From the NCBI GenBank assembly GCA_964016885.1, contig OZ024747.1, positions 53,878,001 to 53,942,000 of the forward strand: a stretch of DNA of 64,000 bases. The letters run 5' to 3'. Shown here in pieces: positions 40,370 through 54,279 of the stretch. The first letter of the stretch is position 1, and the number at the start of each line of letters is the position of its first letter. The notes beneath the pieces are model-generated. The model saw nothing but the letters and a program-made list of their open reading frames with translations. It was not told the origin of the DNA and ran no database searches. This DNA is from Eledone cirrhosa. Lineage: Eukaryota. Both the position numbers and the translations under genes were made by a program.

Positions 40370-40590
40370 ATAAAAATAAATTTGAAGACTAAAATCCAAC
40401 CAGAGCTGGATAAGGATAAATATATATCAAATATATAAGAACCGTAGAGCAAATATTTATTAAAATAACAGATTAAAGTTTAAGCAAAGAATCGCTGCTT
40501 TCACCCTTAAAGGGATCTTCTGAAGATCCCGTTAAGGGTGAAAACAGCGATTCTTTGCTTAAACTTTAATCTGTTATTTTAATAAATATA
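40367..40590. mobile_element. Family G foldback
   Basis: Near-perfect arms of about 68 bp centred on gatcttc t gaagatc (40521). Confidence 0.85.
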
Positions 40591-40599
40591 TATATAATC

Positions 40600-40925
40600 G
40601 AAGGCACATGGCTTAGTGGTTAGAGCAATCGAAAGATTGTGAGTTCAATTCTCAGACCGGGTGATGTGTTGTTTCCTTGAGCAAGACACTTTATTTCACA
40701 TTGCTCCAGTTTACTCAGCTGTAGAAATGAGATGATAGGGACTGGGGTCCCTATCATTCCACTGCAAAGTGGTTCTGGAGGTGCCATGGCAAAAAAGCAC
40801 CCAGCACTCACTGTAAATGAGGTTGGTGTTAGGAAGGGCATTCAGCTGTAGAAATCAAGCCAGAATCAGTTCCCATCCCACCCTTGCAAGCAGGGAAAAG
40901 CGGACATAAAATGATGGTGATGATG
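40600..40925 (+). mobile_element. CORE-SINE family 2
   Basis: Match to the reverse complement of 22655-22999, with a small deletion in the head. Confidence 0.9.
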
Positions 40926-41089
40926 ATAAACATATGTGTGTATGTATATATATATATATATATATACATTTGAAAAAGGATATCGATATCAAATTAAATA
41001 TAAAACAAAACAAAATTGAGACAAAGCTACATACAGAGAAAACCAAGACCAAATTTAAATCTATTGTAATATATTGATGATATGGGCAG

Positions 41090-43670
41090 AGATGCTGGGT
41101 ATTATACTGCTGCTGCTGCTACTGTTGCTGGGTATGTTACTGCTGCTGTTGATGATGCTGAGTGTGTTACTGGTGCTGTTGGTGATGCTGAGTGTGTTAC
41201 TGGTGCTGTTGGTGATGCTGAGTGTGTTACTGCTGTTGTTGGTGATGCTGAGTGTGTTACTGGTGCTGTTGGTGATGCTGAGTGTGTTACTGCTGGTGTT
41301 GGTGATGCTGAGTGTGTTACTGCTGTTGTTGGTGATGCTGAGTGTGTTACTTCTGGTGTTGGTGATACTGAGTGTGTTACTGCTGTTGTTGGTGATGCTG
41401 AGGTTGTTACTGCTGCTGTTGGTGATACTGAGTGAGTTACTGCTGCTGTTGGTGATGCTGAGTGTGTTATTGCTGCTGTTGGTGATACTGAGTGTGTTAC
41501 TGCTGCTGTTGGTGATACTGAGTGTGTTACTGCTGCTGTTGGTGATACTGAGTGTGTTACTGCTGTTGTTGGTGATGCTGAGTGTGTTATTGCTGCTGTT
41601 AGTGATACTGAGTGTGTTACTGCTGTTGTTGGTGATACTGAGTGTGTTACTGCTGTTGGCTATACTGAGTGTGTTACTGCTGTTGTTGGTGATACTGAGT
41701 GTGTTACTGCTGCTGTTGGTGATGCTGAATGTGTTACTGCTGCTGTTGGTGATACTGAGTGTGTTACTGCTGCTGTTGGTGATACTGAGTGTGTTACTTA
41801 TGGTGTTGGTGATACTGAGTGTGTTACTGGTGCTGTTGGTGATACTGAATGTGTTACTTATAGTGTTGGTGATACTGAGTGTGTTACTGCTGCTGTTGGT
41901 GATGCTGAATGTGTTACTGCTGCTGTTGGCTATACTGAGTGTGTTACTGCTGTTGTTGGTGATACTGAGTGTGTTACTGCTGCTGTTGGTGATACTGAGT
42001 GTGTTACTGCTGCTGTTGGTGATACTGAGTGCGTTACTGCTGCTGTTGGTTATACTGAGTGTGTTACTTATGGTGTTGGTGATACTGAGTGTGTTACTTC
42101 TGGTGTTGGTGATGCTGAGGGTGTTACTGCTGCTGTTGGTGATGCTGAGTGTGTTATTGCTGCTGTTGGTGATGCTGAGTGTGTTACTTCTGGTGTTGGT
42201 GATGCTGAGTGTGTTACTGCTGCTGTTGGTTATACTGAGTGTGTTACTGCTGCTGTTGGTGATACTGAGTGTGTTACTTCTGGTGTTGGTGATGCTGAGT
42301 GTGTTACTGCTGCTGTTGGTTATACTGAGTGAGTTACTGCTGCTGTTGGTTATACTGAGTGTGTTACTGCTGTTGTTGATGATGCTGAGTGTGTTACTGT
42401 TGCTGTTGGTGATACTGAGTGTGTTACTGCTGCTGTTGGTTATACTGAGTGTGTTACTGCTGCTGTTGGTGATGCTGAGTGTGTTACTGCTGCTGTTGGT
42501 GATGCTGAGTGTGTTACTGCTGGTGTTGGTGATACTGAGTGTGTTACTGCTGCTGTTGGTGATACTGAGTGTGTTACTTCTGGTGTTGGTTATAGTGAGT
42601 GTGTTACTGCTGCTGTTGGTGATACTGAGTGTGTTACTGCTGCTGTTGGTGATACTGAGTGTGTTACTGCTGCTGTTGTGATACTGAGTGTGTTACTGCT
42701 GCTGTTGGTGATACTGAGTGTGTTACTGCTGCTGTTGGTGATACTGAGTGTGTTACTGCTGCTGTTGGTGATACTGAGTGTGTTACTTCTGGTGTTGGTG
42801 ATACTGAGTGTGTTACTGCTGCTGTTGGTGATACTGAGTGTGTTACTGCTGCTGTTGGTGATACTGAGTGTGTTACTGCTGCTGTTGTGATACTGAGTGT
42901 GTTACTGCTGCTGTTGGTGATACTGAGTGTGTTACTGCTGCTGTTGGTGATACTGAGTGTGTTACTGCTGCTGTTGGTGATACTGAGTGTGTTACTGCTG
43001 CTGTTGTTATACTGAGTGTGTTACTGCTGCTGTTGGTGATACTGAGTGTGTTACTGCTGCTGTTGGTGATACTGAGTGTGTTACTGCTGCTGTTGGTGAT
43101 ACTGAGTGTGTTACTGCTGCTGTTGGTGATACTGAGTGTGTTACTGCTGCTGTTGGTGATACTGAGTGTGTTACTGCTGCTGTTGGTTATACTGAGTGTG
43201 TTACTGCTGTTGTTGATGATGCTGAGCGTGTTACTGCTGCTGTTGGTGATGCTGAGTGTGTTACTGCTGCTGTTGGTTATACTGAGTGTGTTACTGCTGC
43301 TGTTGGTTATACTGAGTGTGTTACTGCTGCTGTTGGTTATACTGAGTGTGTTACTGCTGCTGTTGGTGATACTGAGTGTGTTACTGCTGCTGTTGGTGAT
43401 GCTGAGTGTGTTACTGCTGCTGTTGGTGATACTGAGTGTGTTACTGCTGCTGTTGGTGATACTGAGTGTGTTACTTCTGCTGTTGGTGATGCTGAGTGTG
43501 TTACTGCTGCTGTTGGTTATACTGAGTGTGTTACTTCTGCTGTTGGTGATGCTGAGTGTGTTACTGCTGCTGTTGGTGATACTGAGTGTGTTACTGCTGC
43601 TGTTGGTGATACTGAGTGTGTTACTGCTGCTGTTGGTGATGCTAAGTATGTTACTACAGCTGCTGCTGTT
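41090..43670. repeat. 30-bp minisatellite GGTGATACTGAGTGTGTTACTGCTGCTGTT (about 85 units)
   Basis: Direct reading; 29-bp units near 42678, 42888 and 43007 shift the frame. Confidence 0.95.
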
Positions 43671-43975
43671 CTATGTGCTGCTGGTAGTCCCACCCCGCCG
43701 CCATGTTCCGTCCCAATGCTGTTAGCATAAAAATACAAATAATTCAACAAGAAACAAAACAACAGAACAAGGTTTCTAAGTACAGAGTAGAGTTAATTTC
43801 TATTGTTTAGTTGTTTTTATGTTTTGACTTTTCAAGTTAATACTTTTTTTTATATTTATATGTGTATTTTTCTTTTCTTTTTATTATTTTGTTGGGGTTT
43901 AAACTAATAAGTCAGCTGAGAACGCCTAATTTCATTTATATATTTTAAATGTCTTTCACTAACCAATCCCTTTAC

Positions 43976-44024
<49 letters not shown>

Positions 44025-44193
44025 TATATATATATATATACACTCATATATATAAATATATACATACATATACACACACACACTCATATATATATATATA
44101 TACATACATACTTATCAGCAAAGATGGGAATGAGGTCGAACTCATTCCCTTTGTTCTTGTGCCGATTCTCTGTCCTGCATATTAAACAAAAAA

Positions 44194-44294
<101 letters not shown>

Positions 44295-44830
44295 TGTGTG
44301 TGTGTGCATGTGTATGTGTGTTTGTGTGTGTGTGCATGTGTATGTGTGTTTGTGTGTGTGTGTGTTTGTGTGTGTGTGAGAGTGTGTTTGTGTGTGTGTA
44401 TGTGTATGTGTGTTTAATAATGATAATAATAATAATAATAATGTGTGTGTCAGAGAGTGTGTTTGTGTGTGTGTGTATGTGTGTGTGTGTGTGTATGTAT
44501 GTGTGTTTGTGTGTGTTGTGCATTCTTTCTCCCTGAAATATATTATTTATATATTTTTAATGTTTAATGATATTTGCTTATAAAAAAGAATCAATTCAAA
44601 TTAACACTAGAATACCCCCCCCCCCCACTTTCTACACACTAATATTTGTAAAACGTCAAGTCAGAAAAGAGAGGGGGGGGGGAATGATGTTATACATATG
44701 ATGGGCTGTGGGGTGAAATGCTGGTACTTTTTAAGGTCATTTGCCTATGGGTAGGACTTGCAGTATTACTAATTCCTTGACACACACACACACATACACA
44801 AATATACACTTTCACACACACATATCTCTC

Positions 44831-44871
<41 letters not shown>

Positions 44872-44899
44872 ATATTAAATAATTGGAAACTATATTTTT

Positions 44900-45037
44900 A
44901 AAACCATAGTTTATAAATATAGTTTCCATTTATTTAATATCATTGAATATTATACTCCAGAAAACATGTCGAGTGCTCTGAATAAGTTATAAACATTTAT
45001 ATTTGTTGAATTACTAACAAATTGATTATCCCTTCTG

Positions 45038-45040
<3 letters not shown>
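44900..45040 (+). mobile_element. Family A 3' fragment
   Basis: ttataaatatagtttccatttatttaatatcattgaata..gtcgagtgctctgaat..ttctgcttata. Confidence 0.75.
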
Positions 45041-45082
<42 letters not shown>

Positions 45083-45089
<7 letters not shown>

Positions 45090-45220
45090 CGTGTGCCGAA
45101 ACAAATATTGTTATACTTATTAATTCTGGCAATATTATTACACAAATATGACCCTCCCCAAGTATAACTATATATATATATATATAGTATAACAATATTT
45201 GTTTCGACACACGATTTTAT
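45083..45220. mobile_element. Family F foldback
   Basis: ataaaatcgtgtgccgaaacaaatattgttatact / agtataacaatatttgtttcgacacacgattttat. Confidence 0.8.
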
Positions 45221-45244
45221 ATATATATATATACATACACATAC

Positions 45245-45316
<72 letters not shown>

Positions 45317-45325
45317 ACACACATA

Positions 45326-45381
<56 letters not shown>

Positions 45382-45759
45382 TTAATATACAAGAGAGAGC
45401 TTTATAAATGGAAGCACCAAATAATTGAAATGACATACATACGAAGAGTGACCCACAGTTTACAGTACTACATATATCCCCCTTCAAGTGTTTATTTGTG
45501 TGTGTGTGTGTGAGGGACTGTGTAAAATTTGGTAGAATCCAAATAGAATAAATAGAACTAGAATAGAACAAAATAGGAATGACAAAACAAAACAATATTT
45601 TTGCCTGTTTATTTCATGATATTTCAAGGTTATAAACATATTTTCAAATCTCGAATGAAGGAAATTGTCACAACGCACTCCTACGATGTATTCCTTGTTC
45701 TCTGATTTACGGTTGGTGGAAATGTGATGAGCAGGCTGATCAGAACACATTCACGATTC

Positions 45760-45985
45760 TGTTTCTTGTAGCTCAAATCCGTTGTTTATGTTTGGTTTAT
45801 ACCTGTACGTAAATAATTCCTCTTTTATCAGTAAGTTATCCACGTTCCTCTCAATTGCTTCTATGATGACATCAATGTCTCATGTGTTGCATTTCTTTAG
45901 GATTTTGTTGAGAGAGGAATCAGTTGTAGTCATGTATTCTTTGATCCATATGTGTAAGTCTGGACAATGTTTCTTGTCTGCAAAT
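45760..45985 (-). pseudogene. Second PLE GIY-YIG C-terminal remnant (Penelope/Poseidon-like)
   Basis: Hand translation LHIWIKEYMTTTDSSLNKILKKCNT*..NLLIKEELFTYRYKPNINN resembles the RIKEH..LLIKEALFI..KPxIN pattern. Confidence 0.6.
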
Positions 45986-46110
45986 ATCTGTTGAAACGAT
46001 AGGAGCTCAACCGCAGGGCCCCGACTCTTTCTAATATAGTCACACTCTACTATCCCAAGTAAAGAGTAGTCTGTTGAATAATGTTCTAACTAGTTTAATA
46101 CTGCTTTAAT

Positions 46111-46182
<72 letters not shown>

Positions 46183-46406
46183 ATGTATGTTAAAGGTAAA
46201 CAGAAATAACAACACAATCGGTAGTGTATATGTGAGGGATATATTAGGTTAACGCTTGATATAGCATATATGTATATATACATATCTATACATATGTTAA
46301 TTATTGTTAAAATGATGTTAAAACAATTATGTAGACCACACTGTTTTCTATATCAATAAATACAAATTACACACACTTTCACATCCTCATACACATCTCC
46401 ATCCTT

Positions 46407-46468
<62 letters not shown>

Positions 46469-46779
46469 GTACACACACACATATATATATATAAACACAA
46501 ACAATTGCACGCATACGTACCAAATCAAACCGATGTGTTATATCGCCGCCTACATTCACATAAACACACATATACTCGGTCACATATACATACACACAGA
46601 AATTCACCCAATCTCATATTCATGTTATAGGGCCTTCGACATTCACACACACACACACATATTTAGAAACATATACAATCACCATTATAAATTAATTATA
46701 CAGCACATGACATTATACAGCATATACTTTCATTATTAAACAGTAACAGCAATGGAAGAGGAAGTTTTCGTGTCATTCA

Positions 46780-47420
46780 GTTCATTAGATACCGGATCAA
46801 TCAAATACTACCTATTTCATCCTTCAGATCCAACACAGTCCAATGTACATTTCTAAAAACAATCAAGCCGATTTTTTTTAATCATTCAAAAGCAGTAGTT
46901 CCATGGCCTACAAATGAGAACAAACGATTGCCTATATGGGAGAGGGAAGACAGTCATAATGTCTAATGAAATTCCCATGTTAGTTTTGACCTATTCAATA
47001 ATATATTCGTACATTTTGTTTTGACATTGTTAGTTTCAAAGTATCAGATTTGTAATCAGCCTTTACAAAACCATTTCAAGAGCCATATGCCCATATGAAC
47101 AATGTTCAACTCTAATGGTTTCTTTGTCATCCTTCTTACCATTCTTTACTCAGCGAAATACTGTGTATATCTCAGATTTCTTAACGATGTTTACAAAACA
47201 CCACAAGAATCCATATAAGCAATGTTCAGAATAGTTTCCTTACCATTGCTTATTCAGAAGATTACTGTGCTTATCAGGTTAGAATAGGAACACTTTATGT
47301 CCGAATGTCACAAGAGGTGACTAAAATAGTTGGCACCAGTAATTACATCTAGCTGTAAAACCTTGCCTCCAAAAGTATAGATCAGTATAAAACTTGTGAT
47401 GCAACAATCAACGAAATGGC
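46780..47420 (-). mobile_element. Probable decayed Helitron PIF1-like helicase remnant
   Basis: Patches TFGGKVL..WCQL (compare PFGGK..GDFRQ), ISNG, KIGL and MYIGLCWI (compare LYVALSR) in the expected order; many stops and frameshifts. Confidence 0.45.
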
Positions 47421-47984
47421 TTAAAAACGTTAGTTGTACTGTTGTTGCTTAATCAGATGAGGAAAGAATGTGTTCATTAAGCCTTCAGGGCCTCCACGAC
47501 TGGTTGAGGGGGGGGGGGAGCAAGAAACAGATTATGCCAATCACCCAAAAGTAGAGATAGAACACAATTCCTTCGATGTGCTTCTACACAGTTTCCATAT
47601 ATCAAATCTCATTCAAGGACTTTGCGTGACCTCAGTTTTTGACAGAAGACAACCGATTATTGTAGTTGAAAATAAAATATTTTATCCACACAGCCATATC
47701 AGTAATATTAACTGGATGAGAAATAACGTGTATGGTGGATAGCACGCTAGTCGTATGCATTAACTTGTAAGGAGTATACAAATACCAATGAAACATCAAC
47801 ACATTCATGAGTCAACAAAACTCTAGTGAGTTAGTATAACACTAGCAATTCCATGGTCCTGAGGCAGTTTATAGTGCTTCCTCAGTCAACATCTACCCTT
47901 CTATCTACTCAGTCAAACACTCCATATCTACATTGTCAATACAAATTTTATCCACCGAAGTAAAATCTTCACACTGTGTCTACT

Positions 47985-48645
47985 TAACCAACATATACAC
48001 AGTGTATATACATAATCAACAGCTATACACCATATCTACACACTACATCTACACACTGTCGCTATACACTGTCAATATCTACACACTGTCAATATATCTA
48101 CACACAACTTCTACGCACTGTCGCTATACACTGTCAATATATATACACACAACTTCTACACACTGTCGCTATACACTGTCAATATCTACACACTAGATCT
48201 ACACACTGTCGCTATACACTGTCAATATCTACACACTGTCAATATATATACACACAACTTCTACACACTGTCAGTATCTACACACTGTCAATATATATAC
48301 ACTACATCTACACACTGTCGCTATACACTGTCAATATCTACACACTGTCAATATATATACACACAACTTCTACACACTGTCGCTATACACTGTCAATATC
48401 TACACACTGTCAATATATATACACACAACTTCTACACACTGTCGCTATACACTGTCAATATCTACACACTGTCGCTATACACTGTCAATATATACACACT
48501 GTCAATATCTATAGCGCTATATCTACACACTGTCGCTATACACTGTCAATATCTACACACTATCAATATATATATACACACAACTTCTACACACTGTCGC
48601 TATACATTGTCAATATCTATGGCGCTATATCTACACACTCAACAT
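47985..48645. repeat. Compound 14-16 bp minisatellite (tacacactgtcaatatc / tacactgtcgcta)
   Basis: Direct reading. Confidence 0.9.
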
Positions 48646-50689
48646 CATCTACAAGTGGTGTAAATCTATTGAACACCAACAGGCTGTGATTGAGTAAATC
48701 AACGATTTCTTCACATATTGTGTTATCCAATTATCAGCCATAGGCCATATTTATCCCAATAAATCCCACATCTGAACACAGTATTTATCCAGTCAACAAG
48801 CCAGACATTGTCTCTAATCTTGATAAACTGTCTCAATTTATTGTTTAAGCAAACATTTACAGGAAATTTATGGATCACCCTGAACCTAAAAAGCAGCAAG
48901 TGAAATATTCATATTAGTGCCACAAGATATGAAAATTACACACAAGAGAGGAAGGAAGAAAAATATATAAATTTAAAATAAATTAAAAAGAACATTTTAA
49001 ACATCAATAACAACAATAAGGCACTTAAAAATGAATAAATAAGGAAAGAAAAAATTATTTATTATTATATTTTTTGTGGTTTTTTACCAAAACTAAAAAA
49101 TAAAATAAATATAGATTTTTTTTCCTGCGTTGTCATGAAAAAATATCAAATTTGTCAATGAAATATGCTAAATGCTGTAGCAGACAATCTCCATATTTCA
49201 GCAAGTCTGGAAATACAAAGAAAAAACATTTTTTTTTAAACCACGTAAAATCCAAAAATTGACAGACTCAAAGCAATAAATAAATAAATAGTCCAAAAAA
49301 TAAAATACATTAGAGAAAATAAATTGAAGTAAAATAAATTTTTGCCATGAAATAAATGGAAAAAAATACAAATGTACAATTACACCCACCCACACACACA
49401 TGTATACATGTATAAACACACACACACACACATGAATACACGTATAAACACACACGTATATATATATATTTAATCCTCTCTTGCACATAATCTTACATTA
49501 CCAATATTTCTTAGCATTGGAAAAATTTTTCATATATATATTTTAATATTTATTTCTATATTTATTTTTTGTTTAAAGAAGTAAAACGGGATAGTAAACA
49601 AATATAAACTTAGAAAATATATAAATTATATAAAAAATTTGACTGAAATATTTATTTCACATGATTTACACAAAAAATGTGCAAATTCAAAAAAGTGTAA
49701 ATAAACTTTAAAAAAAAAGATAAAATGATAAATTTAAAAAGTGCAATAAAAAACAAAACAAATTTTAATCTGAGCAGCAAAACAAAACAAGCAGAAAATG
49801 AAACAATATGGCGACTATATATTATAATGTTTGTTGTTGTTTGTGTGTGTTATTACATGTGCTCTAATACCACATATATTGAAATGTGTGTCTGTATAAG
49901 AGAGGAGGGAAAGAAAGAAGAGTAGATAAATGATACCGACACCAAAACCACCAACACTCATACACGTCCTCTCTACCATATGCCATCTAGGATTATTTCA
50001 AACAAATCATCTCCCTCCCCATGTTGGTGGTTTGGGTGGGATATATTAAACCACACAGTACCGTCATCATAACTTGTCATCTTGTCAATATATTTACAAT
50101 AATTATTATTGTTAAGGCGGTGGATTGGCAAAAAAAAAAATGCTTTGTAGTATTTGCGCTGGTTCTCGGCATTCTGATTTCAAATCCCGTTGATGTCCAC
50201 TTTGCGGTTTATTTTTCTAGGATCGATAAAACAAAGACATAGTCTAGTATTGTGGGGTAAATTTAATCGACTGTTTCTCTTTTCTCAGAATTGACAAAAT
50301 TGTCGGTGCATCAGACAAATGGTGGATTAACAGAATCCTTAGTAGGTGGGACAAAATGCTTTCCGGGATTTAGTTACGAACTTTTAATTTCCAAGTTCAA
50401 TCCATCCGAGGCTACACCTTACCTCACCTCAGTTCAAATCCCACTGAAGCTATACCTCAGCGCACTTCTCCATTCCACCCCTACAATTCAGTTATGCGTT
50501 TCATTCCACCGAGGGAGAGCTCCATTTCTTTTCTAGAGGTTTTCAATCCTTCTAAGATCTGTAAAAATAATATCAACATTTTAATATCTGTTAGAAATCT
50601 TTATTTTTGGGGCCGTAGCATCTATAGCGACCCCTAGACTGAGAAAGTTGAGAAAGTGTTGTTATTGTTTGTCAATCATGTTTTCAACA

Positions 50690-51195
50690 GCACGTGATTT
50701 AGTAGCTAGGGTACTCAGTTCAAGTTCGTTAGGTCATGAGTTTGATACCTGGACAGGAAATAGCGTGCGTCGGCCTTTGCTTTTCTCGTGGATAACATCG
50801 ATGTCATGCAATGGGAGAAATGCAATCTTGGTAATACTTGGTCTTCCACAAAGCACATTTTTCTTTTTTTTAGATACATTCTTCTTCGGTTATAAAGACC
50901 AGAGAAAAATTGCTGGTAGAAGACACAGTTCTGTGGGCGTCAGCGTATATTCAGGATCTATCGGGATTTTTGCTTGTTCCAAGATGAATGCCTTCTTAAT
51001 TAGGGATCTTTCTTTCTTCATGTGTGAAGGCTCATTGACAGTGTGAAAAACATTTCTTTTCACGTTGCTCCATTACTTTCAGCTGAAAATGAGTACCAGC
51101 ATTAACTAGAAGTTAACCATACGTTGGACATGTATATTGTCCTGGGGGAAGTCTTGTTCTCTCATTTGCTTAATGCTACAGAAACCGGGATAAAC
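50690..51195 (+). mobile_element. Old CORE-type SINE split by an insert of about 270 bp
   Basis: tRNA-like head at 50690-50765; CORE-like ttcacgttgctcc..cagctgaaaatgagtacc at about 51050-51100; tail tgctacagaaaccgg. Confidence 0.55.
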
Positions 51196-51465
51196 CCGAC
51201 GACCCTCCAGACTTGAGACATAATTTAACCTAACTTCAACTTTCTTACTAATATATTATTTGGTGTTAATATTTTTCTTTTATATGATTTCATGTAAATC
51301 TCCACGGCGCTGTATATCGTCTGTTGTACTGTTCCTGTCGGCTTTGGGCCCTTCTGGCTAACGAAGAACTTCTTCTTCTTCTTCTTCTTCTTTAGTGAAA
51401 TATTACTTATTCGTGAATTTTATAATGGATAATAATCATATTCGATATTATTATTATTATTTATA

Positions 51466-51645
51466 GAGCAGTGGATTGGCAGTATCAGTAGAGCGTCAGG
51501 CACCATGCTTTGCAGTATAGATGTATGGCCCTTTACATTCTGAGTTCAATTCCTGCCGAGGTTAACTTTACCTTTCATCCTTACGGGGTCGATAAAATAA
51601 AGCACCAGTAATGCACTGGGGTAATTACTGGCCGTGTGCCAATTA
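51466..51645 (+). mobile_element. SINE family 1 inside MITE ends
   Basis: Sequence match; the 3' flank 51643-51714 resembles 5531-5600. Confidence 0.85.
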
Positions 51646-53026
51646 TTATTCGATATAAAACTCACGAATGCATTTACGTATTCGCTATGTTAGAGCGAAA
51701 AAGGAAATTCTAATTTAAAAAGTAAATATTATTTAGTTATGGCACTTCATCTGCTGAGTTCTAATCCCACAGACAGTAACTTTGCCTTTAACAATTACCT
51801 CTAACACTTGATAGAAGAACGTACTAGTGAGTGTACAAGGCTCAGTGTATATAACTTTCCTCTCTTTCTAAATTACTGCTCCGTTGCTTAAGAAAACATT
51901 ATTGATGTTATTGTTAATGATGAATATAGTTATGATGGTGACGTCGATGATGATGATGATTATGATGATTATGATGATGATGATGATATTTGCTGAGAGG
52001 TGAATCATGATATTTTTTCTTTCTTTTATATAACTCATTGGAATTGATATATCTATTGTTGACATGGCTCAATTAAAGCATTTATTTTACTGTAAATATG
52101 CTCTGTCAAAACTGACCAGTGGCGTGGTGTGCTGGGCAGCTAAACATTCTTGTTTTTTGGGGGGCTAAGTTTTCTTTTTACAATTTTCAAAAACACTCTG
52201 TAAAAAATGTTTATTTTACCACGGCACCGTTTGTTTACAGAAACCAATAAGAGGGCCATACAAGAACCAACACAAAATGGGAAAATATGTGAGGGAAATA
52301 ATTTTATTTGCAATCCTGACAGGAGATTTCGTCCCATTAGCATATCTCTAATGAGAGACACTACGTAGGATTTTCAAATAATTAAAAAGAAAAAAAACAT
52401 ATTCAAAGAATTTGGTAACATAACCAAATTTGTTATTATTAAGCTGTAGTTTATAACATAACACAGATTCTGACATACAAATATGATGCGACAGTGAAGT
52501 CTTGAAAAAACCCTTATAATCACATGCGTGTTGGATGAGTTCAAATCCTTCCTAAGTAAACCCTGCCTCTCGTTCTTCAGAAGTCGATAAAACACAGTAC
52601 GAGTCAAGTAGTGGAATCGATATAATCAACTTTAACTTTCTCTAGATTTTCAGGCCTTTTGTTAATTAAAAAATTAATATTTATTGCTATTAATATTAAT
52701 TTCTTTATTGGCCACAAGGGTCGAGAAAATGCAGGGCAACACAATAAACAGGTAGAGTGGAAATTTACATATAAATAAGCGTGTAAAGCATATGAGTGGC
52801 TCCTTTCCTTTCCTTTCAAAAATAGGTGTTCCAGTGGTAGTGATGGGGTTGTTGAAATGGTGGTGATGTTGTTGTTGTTGGTTTATAGCAAACAGGTAGA
52901 TACAGAAGAACATTTCAGTGCGTGGCAGCTTTAGAAGGGAAAGCTGGAGAAAGTTTTTAATATAAGGGTGGGAGATGAGATACTATGGGAGATGAGATAC
53001 TATATATATATATATATATATATATA

Positions 53027-53343
53027 TGAATGTAAAATGCCGAGCTGTGTTGTTGCAAATAGGATATATATAAAAATGAAGAATTAGAAATAGGAGCCAG
53101 GTATATCCGTCATCAGTAGTCTGCTAGCCATCATAGGTATTTATTCGCATTACAGACCATATACCTCAGTCTAGGGCGATGTAATAACTAAAATAAGTTA
53201 TTGGGATAAAAAGAGTTGGGTGGAGAAAGAGAGACAGGTAAAGAAACACGAATATATGGTCTGTAATGCGAAGAAATACCTATGATGGCTAGTAGACCAC
53301 TGATGACGGATAGTCCTGGCTTCTATTTCTAATTCTTCATTTA
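53027..53343. mobile_element. Family C foldback
   Basis: Arms at 53073-53163 and 53253-53342; TA runs on both flanks. Confidence 0.85.
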
Positions 53344-53387
53344 TATATATATATATATATATATAGTTGAATAAATGGGCAGAGAAC

Positions 53388-53490
<103 letters not shown>

Positions 53491-54279
53491 CGAGAGAAAG
53501 AGAGTGAAAGAGAATATATATGTATATGATATATATATATGTATATGAAACACATATACATACAATTCTTGTATTGTATTACAATATCTCTTCAGAGAAT
53601 TCAATATTTAGTGTAGGCAGAACAAACATAAATCCTTTATATTGTCAGAGTAAATCCCTTAGTTTTCCGTAGTAAATCAAAACCATCTCTTCCAAGATTA
53701 TGTTGTTTGCAATAGTTTGACTACTCTACAATTATTTTCAAATATTTATTACAGAAAAGTTTATAAAGTTGATATAGAGGAACTGATAGAATATATTATC
53801 TTTGTTCATAAGCACACACTTGTACGTTTGCGTATATATACACAAGTGGATGCGCGTATATTCATACAAAATTACTATTTACTACGATTTGGTATCGTTT
53901 CTAAAGTGTTTACATACATATAGACACATATTTTGAAATATATATATAACAAAGATGAAGGTTTGTCTGTTTAGTGAAGACATTCGGATCCATTTCAGAA
54001 TAATCCATTATAAATAAAATTCCGACTCCTGGCACATCCCGTGGGTGAAAATAGAGAATTAAATAAAGGAGAGTGAGAAATACTGAAAGTTCTAAATGGA
54101 GTGGCAGTGAACAGAAATATAATTGTATGGCAAAAAGGAACAAAATAACAAAATCTCATTTACCGCTTTAATACTTTTTATTTTCTCCCTTTCTATATCT
54201 CTTTCTTTCTCTCTAATACTCTCCACTTCTTTCATTGCTATACACACACACAAACACACAATTCTTTTACTCATATCAA

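Noticed and set aside
41074-42681. 535-aa hydrophobic ORF as a membrane protein
   Set aside because: It is a pure 30-bp tandem repeat with a non-ATG start and frameshifting units downstream.
53270-53320. Type II hammerhead reading of GAAA...CTGATGA in family C
   Set aside because: Stem III and the NUH site could not be paired consistently.
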